DNA from: an uncultured Ruminococcus sp.
GTDB lineage: Bacteria; Bacillota; Clostridia; Oscillospirales; Ruminococcaceae
Length of the DNA stretch: 64,000 nt
Direction of reading: 5' to 3'
NCBI GenBank assembly: GCA_964523835.1
Contig: CAZGAZ010000008.1
Location: 2,792-66,791, forward strand
Positions within the stretch are counted from its first letter, which is position 1; every line of letters starts with the position of its first letter. This document shows positions 55,965 to 64,000 of this stretch, in pieces. A program made the position numbers and the translations under genes. The notes beneath the pieces are model-generated. The model was not told where the DNA came from. It ran no database searches and was given only the letters and a program-made list of their open reading frames with translations.

Positions 55965-56663
55965 ATGAAAAAAATCGAGAATTTTGATTTCGGCGAATTT
56001 GAGGAGATAATCGGGTACACGTTCAAAAACAAGGATTTGCTTTTTGAGGCGCTTTCCCATTCCTCGTTTGCAAATGAATACAAGCATGGCAGGAAGTCGA
56101 ATGAGAGGCTGGAATTTTTGGGGGACAGCGTGCTTTCCATTGTTATTTCCGAGCATTTGTTCAAGCACTTCAAGCACCTGCCCGAGGGCGATCTTACGAG
56201 GATAAGGGCTTCGCTGGTGTGCGAAAAGGCGTTGTTTGAATTTTCTAAGCAGATACGTCTGGGAGAGCATATTTTCCTTGGACGGGGAGAGGAGAACACG
56301 GGGGGGAGAAACCGTCCCTCCATTGTTTCCGACGCTTTTGAGGCGGTCATTGCGGCGGTATTCCTTGACGGTGGCATGGAGGCTGCGAGGGAATATGTTA
56401 TGGGATTTATTCCGAAGGATCTGGACAAAAATTCGGCGATGAATTTACAGGATTACAAGACCCTTTTGCAGGAGATAATCCAGCGTAACCCGGAAGAAAA
56501 GGTGGAGTATGTACTGACGGGGGAATCGGGTCCCGATCATGACAGGCAGTTTACTGTGGAGGTGCGGCTCAATTCCAATGTTATCGGCAGCGGCGAGGGG
56601 CACAGCAAAAAACAGGCGGAGCAGCAGGCGGCCAAAGAGGCTCTGAAGCTTATGGGCTGCTAG
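55965..56663 (+). CDS. rnc: Ribonuclease III
   Basis: NERLEFLGDSVL signature, SDAFEAVIAA, dsRBD DYKTLLQE...SKKQAEQ. Confidence 0.98.
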   Translation: MKKIENFDFGEFEEIIGYTFKNKDLLFEALSHSSFANEYKHGRKSNERLEFLGDSVLSIVISEHLFKHFKHLPEGDLTRIRASLVCEKALFEFSKQIRLGEHIFLGRGEENTGGRNRPSIVSDAFEAVIAAVFLDGGMEAAREYVMGFIPKDLDKNSAMNLQDYKTLLQEIIQRNPEEKVEYVLTGESGPDHDRQFTVEVRLNSNVIGSGEGHSKKQAEQQAAKEALKLMGC

Positions 56664-56863
56664 AGGCTGGAGGTAAGAGGCTAGAGGCTAGAAAATTTCC
56701 GGACTTATTTATAAAAGCCGTTGCTTTGTATGGAGCGGAATTCGGTTTGATAGGTCTGAAAAAATTTTTGATTTATGAGATAATTTTTTGTATTCGGGTA
56801 TTTGGAGCATTGAGATGATTTTGGGGGCGGTTTGAAAATTCGGGGATATGAGGCGGTGAAAAT

Positions 56864-57886
56864 ATGCGGGGAAATGTTTCGGTTTTTATTCCTCATGTGG
56901 GGTGTCCCAATGACTGCTCGTTCTGCAATCAGCGGACTATAAGCGGTGAACAGTCTGCGCCGACGGTGGATGAAGTTCGGGAGAGGCTTTGTATGGCTTA
57001 CGAGATCGGGGCGGAGAGGGGCAGCCTTGGGGAGACGGAGATTGCTTTTTTCGGGGGGAGCTTTACGGCTATTGACAGGGGGTATATGACAGGTCTTTTA
57101 AGTGCGGCGGGTGAGTTTCTCAGGCGGGAGGATTTCCCGGGATTCGGGGGGATAAGAATTTCTACGAGACCCGACTGCATTGACGGGGAGATGTTGGAAA
57201 TTCTTAAAAAATACGGCGTTACTTCTATTGAGCTGGGGGCGCAGTCTATGGATGATGAAGTGCTTGCGGCGAATTTACGTGGGCATGATTCGGAGGCTGT
57301 GCGGAGAGCCTGTTATTTGATAAAAGCGGCGGGGTTTGAGCTTGGTGTGCAGATGATGGTGGGGCTTTACAAAAGCACGGCGGAGAAAGAATTTTTTACC
57401 TGTGATGAGCTGATAAAATGCAGACCCGAAACGGTGAGGATTTACCCGGTGGCGGTGCTCAGGGGGACGGCACTGGAAATGCTTTATGCAAAAGGTGAGT
57501 ATATGCTGTACGGGTTTGATGAATGCGTGGAAATTTGCGCAGGGCTTGCGGAACGGTTTGAAGATGCGGGAGTGAAAATTATACGAATGGGGCTTCATGC
57601 GGAGGACGGTGTGGGTAAAAATTCCGTGGCGGGGTTTTATCATCCGGCTTTCGGGGAGGTTGTGACAAGCTTTCGGGTAAGGGAGATCATAAGGAAAAAT
57701 TTACGTGAGGGTGTGAATGTTTGCGAGGCGGCAAACAGCTTTATGAGCGCTCTTTCGGGACATAAGAAATGCAATCGGGAATATTTTGAGGAGAATTTTC
57801 CGGGAAGGGTGATTTTTAAGAGAAATGATATGCTGCCCGACAAGTCGGTGGCGGTGAATGGGGTAGTGTTCAGAGTTCAGAGGTAA
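56864..57886 (+). CDS. Radical SAM protein (Elp3-like, typical of the rnc-smc locus)
   Basis: CPNDCSFC CxxxCxxC motif, FFGGSFT, STRPDC, IELGAQS. Confidence 0.9.
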   Translation: MRGNVSVFIPHVGCPNDCSFCNQRTISGEQSAPTVDEVRERLCMAYEIGAERGSLGETEIAFFGGSFTAIDRGYMTGLLSAAGEFLRREDFPGFGGIRISTRPDCIDGEMLEILKKYGVTSIELGAQSMDDEVLAANLRGHDSEAVRRACYLIKAAGFELGVQMMVGLYKSTAEKEFFTCDELIKCRPETVRIYPVAVLRGTALEMLYAKGEYMLYGFDECVEICAGLAERFEDAGVKIIRMGLHAEDGVGKNSVAGFYHPAFGEVVTSFRVREIIRKNLREGVNVCEAANSFMSALSGHKKCNREYFEENFPGRVIFKRNDMLPDKSVAVNGVVFRVQR

Positions 57887-58035
57887 GAGGTTAGAATTTT
57901 GTGATGGGATTGAGATTTGAGTTTATTGTGTGGATGTGGATTTGTGTGCTTAGTGCAAAATGCGGTGATTTTTGGGTTGGGATTTGTGGAAAGTGTAGAA
58001 TTTGCAGTTTGTGTAGAGAAAATTGCGCAAGGCTA

Positions 58036-58064
58036 TTGACAGAGTGAGGATTTTATGATATAAT
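58036..58064 (+). promoter_or_regulatory. Consensus sigma-A promoter
   Basis: TTGACA-17-TATAAT with an extended TG. Confidence 0.85.
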
Positions 58065-58129
58065 ATTTATGATATTCGGATAAAGCTAATGGATGAGCCG
58101 GGAAAAATTGAGGGATAGGAGGGTTTAAA

Positions 58130-58471
58130 ATGTGGTTTCATAAAAATGTGACGAGAGAGGAATTTGAGAGAAGAAAAGATTTTGTGGAGCGGGTTATGAT
58201 AAGTCTGGGGTGTGAGGTTGTTGATATAACGCTGCCGTATGAAAATAAAACCGCAAGCCTTTCGGGAGATTTGACGGAAACACATTATTCGGAGAGACCG
58301 GTATTTAAATTTAAGGATGAATATTACCGGGTGGATGAGGTGCTGTTTCCGAAGAAGCCTTTTATTGTTATTGAGTACGGGACGATTGATGATCTGTTCA
58401 GAGATATAATGATTGACGCCGATCCGTTTCCTTATGATCTTTCCGATGAGGAGACCGAAAACGAGGTGTAA
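58130..58471 (+). CDS. Hypothetical protein
   Basis: GGAGGG RBS, downstream of a consensus promoter; no recognised family. Confidence 0.7.
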   Translation: MWFHKNVTREEFERRKDFVERVMISLGCEVVDITLPYENKTASLSGDLTETHYSERPVFKFKDEYYRVDEVLFPKKPFIVIEYGTIDDLFRDIMIDADPFPYDLSDEETENEV

Positions 58472-58529
58472 TATTCATTGGGGATATTGCCGTATCCGAA
58501 ATAAAAATGCGGGAGATGAGAAATGAAAA

Positions 58530-59594
58530 ATGTATGATGTTATTGTTATCGGTGCGGGACCGGCGGGGTGCACGGCGGCGAAAACCTTGGCGGAAAGAGG
58601 CTGCAAGGTTCTTTTGACGGAAAAATTTAAAATGCCCCGCTATAAGTCCTGTTCGGGGCAGCTTATTCAAAAGTCGGTCGGACTGGTGAGAGAGCATTTC
58701 GGGGAGGATGTTCCCGTGTCTGTGATGTGCGGGCCGAGGGAAGTGGGGGGAATGATTTTTACGAATGACAGGGGGGCAATTTACCGGTTTGAACAGGAGG
58801 GGCTTAATGTCTGGAGAAGCGGGTTTGACAAGTGGCTGGCGGATAAGGCAAGGCAGGCGGGGGCGGAGGTCAGGGACGGTATGACGGCGGTGGACTGCAG
58901 AGACTGCAAAGAGGGGGACGGGTATGCGGAGGTGTTTTTTAAGGGTGAGAATCGTTACAGCGAGAGGGCAGGATTTGTGATAGACTGCGAGGGGGCTGCG
59001 GGGGTGATAAGGCGGAAACTTACGGGTGAAAAGCAGCGGTACATAATGACTTATCAGACGTTTGGGTATGGGAGCGCTGATCTGGACGGGCGTTATTTTT
59101 ACGCTTATCTGCAGCCGGAATTATCCGAGTATGACGCATGGTTTAATGTTAAGGATGATATGCTTGTTTCGGGTGTGGCGGTGAAGGATTTTTCAAAGGC
59201 GGAATATTATTACGGGAGGTTTACTGATTACCTGAAAGAGCGGCACGGGCTGCGGATCGAAAAACAGGTGAAAACTGACAGGTGGATAATGCCTTACATT
59301 CGTCCGGGGTGCGGTATTGTTTACGGCGTGGGGAGGGTTTTGTTTGCGGGGGAGGCTGCGGGGTTTCTGAATCCTATGGGCGAGGGGATCTCGGCGGCGA
59401 TTGAGAGCGGGTTTCTGGCGGCAAAGGCTGTGGCGGAAAAGACGGTGACGGCAAGTGTGGCGGGCAGTTATGATGATACGGAGAAAATCATTGAAAATTA
59501 CAGGGAAAGCGCCGGGGGTCTGCATAGTTATATGAGGCGGCAATGGAGCTTTGCGGCGGGGATAGCGGATACTTTCGGGGAAATGAAAATTTAA
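58530..59594 (+). CDS. FAD-dependent oxidoreductase, geranylgeranyl reductase family
   Basis: IGAGPAG Rossmann motif, KSCSG, VIDCEGA, GEAAGFLNPMGEGI. Confidence 0.88.
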   Translation: MYDVIVIGAGPAGCTAAKTLAERGCKVLLTEKFKMPRYKSCSGQLIQKSVGLVREHFGEDVPVSVMCGPREVGGMIFTNDRGAIYRFEQEGLNVWRSGFDKWLADKARQAGAEVRDGMTAVDCRDCKEGDGYAEVFFKGENRYSERAGFVIDCEGAAGVIRRKLTGEKQRYIMTYQTFGYGSADLDGRYFYAYLQPELSEYDAWFNVKDDMLVSGVAVKDFSKAEYYYGRFTDYLKERHGLRIEKQVKTDRWIMPYIRPGCGIVYGVGRVLFAGEAAGFLNPMGEGISAAIESGFLAAKAVAEKTVTASVAGSYDDTEKIIENYRESAGGLHSYMRRQWSFAAGIADTFGEMKI

Positions 59595-59809
59595 AGAAAA
59601 TTTTAAGAGTGATAAATTGAAATACGGTAAATTTTCGGGTGAAATATTTCGGGACTATAGGGCGGTAAACATTCGCTTAAAAAAGCGTTCTCAATAAATT
59701 ATCCGAATGATGTTTATAAAAATATCAAATCAAATTTCATGTTAAGATATTAAAAAATGTCCCTGTTTTTAAATTTTAAGGGGAAAAAATTTTTTTGCGA
59801 GGTTTATTT

Positions 59810-62800
59810 ATGCGTTTAAAATCTTTGGAACTGCAAGGGTTCAAATCATTTCCCGATAAGGTAAAATTAGAGTTCGGACGGGGCATTACTGCGGTTGTGG
59901 GCCCTAACGGCAGCGGAAAGTCAAACATCGGCGACGCTGTAAGGTGGGTGCTGGGCGAACAGTCCTCAAAGACGCTCAGGGGCGCTAAAATGGAGGACGT
60001 TATTTTTGCGGGGACGACACGGCGCAAGCCTGTGGGATTTGCGGGAGTTACGCTGTGCATTGAGAATGAGGATCATGCGCTGCCTATGGATGAGGACGAG
60101 GTCTCGGTAACGAGACGGCTTTACAGGAGCGGTGAGAGTGAATATCTTATCAACGGTGCTGCTGTCCGTCTGAAGGACGTTTCCGAGCTTTTTATGGACA
60201 CGGGGCTTGGCAGGGACGGTTACTCGATAATCGGTCAGGGCAGGGTTGCGGAGATCGTTTCTTCAAAATCGGGGGAAAGACGTGACATTTTTGAGGAGGC
60301 TGCGGGTATCTCGAAATTCCGCTACAGAAAGGCTGAGGCGACAAGGCGTTTGGGGCAGGCCGAGGAAAATATCCTGAGGCTTACGGATATTTTATCGGAG
60401 CTGGAGGAGCGGATAGGTCCGCTTAAGATACAGTCGGAAAAGGCGGCGAAATTTTTAGAATTATCGGAGGAAAATAAATCCCTGGAGATCACCTCGTGGA
60501 TGACGGAGCTGACGGAGTTAAAGGAAAAGCTTGCGGAGACAGAGGACAAGCTTCTGATAAATATTTCCGAATATGACGGAATTGCGGGCGCTATAGAAAA
60601 GCTGGAGGAGGAGCAGCGGGAGGCGGCTAAGGCTGTTGCCTGCGGGAATATTCTGATCGAGCGTTTGCAGGAGGATATGCTGGCGGCGGAGAAGTCGAAC
60701 ACGGAGATTTACTCGGACATTGCGGTGTTTAAAAATGACATTGCGCACTGTGAGGAGACGATCGGTCAGCTGAAAAAGCAGGCGGAAAATGCAAAGTTAT
60801 CGGACAGTGAAAACAAGCGTTTGACGGAGGAAAAGCTGGCGCTTATAAGCCGTCTGGAGGGAGAAATAAAGGCGGCGGGGGTAAGATTTGAAGAGGCGGC
60901 AAGAGAATTTGACAGGGCGGCAAGGGACGCAGAAAGCTTTGAAAACAAGCTGTCGGGGGCTGCGGCGGAGCTGAACGGGCTTTACATAAAGCGTTCGGAA
61001 TTGACGATAAATGCGCAGACGGCGGAAAATGCCATTAAGGAATCGGAGGAGCAGGGGGAGAATTTCCGCAGTCAGATAAAGGCAATAGACGAGGCTGCGG
61101 GGCGCTTGGAGGAAAGCAGACGAGAGGTGGAAGAGGGGCTGGCGGTGCTGGAAAAAAGTGCGCTGGAGCAGGGCAACAGGGCTGCGGGGCTGGGGCGGCT
61201 TTTTGCGGGGAGAGAACAGAAGCTGGCGGCTGCGGAAAAGACCCTTGCCGACCTTAAAATGGCGGTTCGGGACAGGCAGCAGAGAGCTTTGATATTACAG
61301 GATCTTGAAAGCAGCATGGAGGGGATCGCAAATGCCCCGAAGCAGGTTCTGCGGGCGGGGAAAAGCGGCAGGATAAGCGGGATAATCGGGTCGGTGGCGC
61401 AGCTGATAAAAGTCCCTGCCGATCTGGGGACGGCGGTGGAGACGGCGCTTGGAGGTGCTGTGCAGAACATTGTCACGGAAAATGAGGAGGCTGCAAAGAG
61501 GGCTATAAGAATGCTCAAGGACACGAACGGGGGACGGGCTACGTTTCTGCCGCTGACGAGTGTTAAAGGGAACAGGCTGGACGACAGGGGACTGGACGAA
61601 TGTATGGGGTTTGTGGCGGTGGCCTGCGATACGGTGGAATGCGAGGAGCGTTTGAGGGGAGTGGTGAATTTTTTGCTGGGGAGGACGGTCATTGCGGAGG
61701 ATATTGACTGTGCGGGAAATATTGCAAAAAAATTCGGGTACAAATTCAGGGTAGTCACTCTTGACGGGCAGGTGGTAAATGCGGGCGGTTCGTACACGGG
61801 CGGTTCGGTAGGTAAGACCGGGGGTATGCTGACGAGGAAAAATGAAATTGAGCGGCTGGGCAATGAAATTTCCGAAATTGAAGCAAAGGTGAATGAGGCG
61901 GAAAAAGCGGCGGCAAGCTTAAAGGCCGAGGCGGACAAAATGCGGATAGACATTGAGGCTGCAAATGAAGAGATACGCCGCATTGAACAGGATAAGATTC
62001 GCTTTGAGGAAGAGCTGCGGCACAGCGTTCAGACGGCTGAACAGAATGAAACGGCAAAGCGGACGGCAAGGGAAAATCTTGAACGTCTGGAGAAAAAGAT
62101 CGGAGAGTCAAAGGCTGCGAGGGAGCGTGCAGCGGCGGCTCTGGACGAGCTGCAAAAGGAAATTTCCCGGAAGGAAGAGCTTTCTGCGGAGGACAGCGGG
62201 AAGCGGGAGGAAATGCGGAAGTTCCGTGAAAAATTATCGGCTGAAATGTCGGACAGCAAGCTTATGAAGGCGGGGCTTGAAAAGGACCTGGAAAATGCAA
62301 GGGAGGCGCTTAAAGCTTTAGAGGAACAGAGCCTTGTTATCGGGGATAATTCGGTAAGGCTTGCGATGGAAGAGGATGAACAGAGGAAGATAATCCGTGA
62401 AAAGGAGGAGCTGATAAGGGAACGTGAGGAGGCGCTTGAAAGTGCGGGGGACAAGACAGAGGAGATACGGCGTGAGATCGAAAAGACGAAGCGGGAGAAT
62501 CTGGAAAAAGAAAAAATTTCGGGTGAGCTGCGGGAAAGGATAAAGGCTCAGAACGGCGAAAAGGAACGGGCGGGGGCGGAAAGGATACGTCTGGAGGAAC
62601 GCAAGGAGGGGTACAACAAAAGCTGCGACAAGATAATTTCGGATATGGCGGAGAAATATGAGTTATATCCCTCGGAGGCTCAGAAGCTGGTTATTGAGGG
62701 GGCGGACAAGGTGGATATTAACGGGCGGCTTATGAGCGTAAGGCAGAAGATACGTGCGCTGGGGACGGTGAATGTGGCGGCTATTGAAGAGTACAAGGAG

Positions 62801-63370
62801 GTTTCGGAGAGATATGGGTTTATGTCGGGGCAGCTGGGTGATGTAAACGCTTCGAAGCGGGAGCTGGAGAAGCTTATTGACGAGCTGACGGAGACGATGA
62901 AGATGAGATTTTCCGAGAGCTTTAAGATAATCAACGAAAATTTCAAGGAGATATTTACGGAGCTGTTCGGGGGCGGCAAGGCGGAGCTGGTGCTTTCGGA
63001 CCCGGAGGATGTGCTGGAGTCGGGGATAGAGATAAATGTGGCGCCGCCGGGGAAGGTGATAAAGAGCCTTTCGCTGCTTTCGGGCGGCGAGCAGGCCTTT
63101 GTGGCGATAGCGATTTATTTTGCGATACTGCGGCTCAAGCCTGCGCCCTTCTGCATTCTTGATGAGATAGAGGCGGCTCTGGATGATGTGAACGTTTCGA
63201 GATATGCGGGGTATTTGCACAGGTTTACCGACACTACGCAGTTTATTACGGTGACTCACAGGCGGGGCACTATGGAAGAGGCGGATATTCTGTACGGTGT
63301 GACTATGCAGGAAAAGGGGATCTCACGTTTGCTGAGAATGGAACAGCCTCCTGCGGAGGATGAGGAATAG
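59810..63370 (+). CDS. smc: Chromosome segregation protein SMC
   Basis: QGFKSF, VGPNGSGKSN, coiled coils, hinge GRATFLPL, LSGGEQ, LDEIEAALD. Confidence 0.98.
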   Translation: MRLKSLELQGFKSFPDKVKLEFGRGITAVVGPNGSGKSNIGDAVRWVLGEQSSKTLRGAKMEDVIFAGTTRRKPVGFAGVTLCIENEDHALPMDEDEVSVTRRLYRSGESEYLINGAAVRLKDVSELFMDTGLGRDGYSIIGQGRVAEIVSSKSGERRDIFEEAAGISKFRYRKAEATRRLGQAEENILRLTDILSELEERIGPLKIQSEKAAKFLELSEENKSLEITSWMTELTELKEKLAETEDKLLINISEYDGIAGAIEKLEEEQREAAKAVACGNILIERLQEDMLAAEKSNTEIYSDIAVFKNDIAHCEETIGQLKKQAENAKLSDSENKRLTEEKLALISRLEGEIKAAGVRFEEAAREFDRAARDAESFENKLSGAAAELNGLYIKRSELTINAQTAENAIKESEEQGENFRSQIKAIDEAAGRLEESRREVEEGLAVLEKSALEQGNRAAGLGRLFAGREQKLAAAEKTLADLKMAVRDRQQRALILQDLESSMEGIANAPKQVLRAGKSGRISGIIGSVAQLIKVPADLGTAVETALGGAVQNIVTENEEAAKRAIRMLKDTNGGRATFLPLTSVKGNRLDDRGLDECMGFVAVACDTVECEERLRGVVNFLLGRTVIAEDIDCAGNIAKKFGYKFRVVTLDGQVVNAGGSYTGGSVGKTGGMLTRKNEIERLGNEISEIEAKVNEAEKAAASLKAEADKMRIDIEAANEEIRRIEQDKIRFEEELRHSVQTAEQNETAKRTARENLERLEKKIGESKAARERAAAALDELQKEISRKEELSAEDSGKREEMRKFREKLSAEMSDSKLMKAGLEKDLENAREALKALEEQSLVIGDNSVRLAMEEDEQRKIIREKEELIREREEALESAGDKTEEIRREIEKTKRENLEKEKISGELRERIKAQNGEKERAGAERIRLEERKEGYNKSCDKIISDMAEKYELYPSEAQKLVIEGADKVDINGRLMSVRQKIRALGTVNVAAIEEYKEVSERYGFMSGQLGDVNASKRELEKLIDELTETMKMRFSESFKIINENFKEIFTELFGGGKAELVLSDPEDVLESGIEINVAPPGKVIKSLSLLSGGEQAFVAIAIYFAILRLKPAPFCILDEIEAALDDVNVSRYAGYLHRFTDTTQFITVTHRRGTMEEADILYGVTMQEKGISRLLRMEQPPAEDEE

Positions 63371-63383
63371 GAGTAAGGCGTAT

Positions 63384-64000
63384 ATGAGTTCGATTTTAAA
63401 AGCCGGCGGCTCCCTTCGGGGGGATATTTTCGGGGAGCGATTTACTGTAAAGGTGGACACGTCAGAATGCGTGAGTATTATTGACGGTAGTGACGGAATT
63501 GTCGATTACGACTGCTGGCGTTACAAGGACTGCACGTTTGAAAGCGGGAAGATTTACGGGCTTGTCAGCGAATATGGGCAGGGGGGAATGTATTTGTCAT
63601 ATCTTCTGGGGGGCAGGCTCAAATTTGACAAGGTGAAAATTTACTGCAACGACGTTCCTGTCACGCAAAAGGACCTGAATGATGTCGGCTGGAATTTGGA
63701 ATCGACCTATGAACCGTACGGAAAAAAGGAGATAAGAAAAACCATAGAAAAAGTTCTTGCGAATTCCGGGAGCGGGGAGGATTTTGTGTCTGTGGCGGAG
63801 AGGTTTATGCTGACCCCGGAAAGGTATGACCGCAGGTTCAGAAATTTAAGCGGCGAACGCTGGCGCGCGTCGGCGGCTTACGGGTATGCGCTGGGAAAAA
63901 GAATATTTTTTGCTCCCTATGAGACAAGCAAGTTTTATCATCATATGTGTCAGAGCGCACTGCTCAAGGCTTTAAGGGAGCTTACAGGGAATGGCGGTCT
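63384..64000 (+). CDS. Hypothetical protein, degenerate ABC-ATPase-like (3'-truncated by window edge)
   Basis: Translated by hand; GGAG RBS; open to the window end; ...NLSGERWRASAAYGYA... resembles an ABC signature region; no intact Walker A. Confidence 0.65.
   Translation, partial: MSSILKAGGSLRGDIFGERFTVKVDTSECVSIIDGSDGIVDYDCWRYKDCTFESGKIYGLVSEYGQGGMYLSYLLGGRLKFDKVKIYCNDVPVTQKDLNDVGWNLESTYEPYGKKEIRKTIEKVLANSGSGEDFVSVAERFMLTPERYDRRFRNLSGERWRASAAYGYALGKRIFFAPYETSKFYHHMCQSALLKALRELTGNGG

Overview
A 64 kb chromosomal segment from a spore-former-type Clostridia genome (Ruminococcaceae/Oscillospiraceae-like, inferred from gene content). Most of it is housekeeping: uvrA (5'-partial), nfnAB, thiC-thiE-thiD, glgP, tRNA-Ser(CGA), rqcH, trmK, addBA, infC-rpmI-rplT with an L20 leader, dprA-topA-trmFO, plsX-rnc-radical SAM-smc. 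Small accessory genes are interspersed. I found no integrase, transposase, prophage or cas gene. Four things stand out. (1) At 11.6-16.2 kb, an apparent operon encodes an MFS-like protein, a small membrane protein with polar residues in its helices, three ~50-aa microproteins missing from the ORF track, and three paralogous surface proteins. All six of the latter share an N-terminal (A/Y)-D...P motif and a C-terminal LP-transmembrane-basic tail, so this is a candidate undescribed surface-protein processing or sorting system. (2) A ~74-bp two-hairpin repeat (8 copies in 4 clusters) always ends flush against the start codon of an accessory gene and supplies its RBS. (3) A dispersed heptamer repeat family (AGAGGCA-like) follows an orientation rule relative to stop and start codons and builds larger tandem MITE-like units. 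(4) An orphan YesN-like regulator and an orphan YesM-like kinase would become adjacent if the ~14 kb between them were inverted. Family assignments come from motif recognition by eye; no database searches were run.
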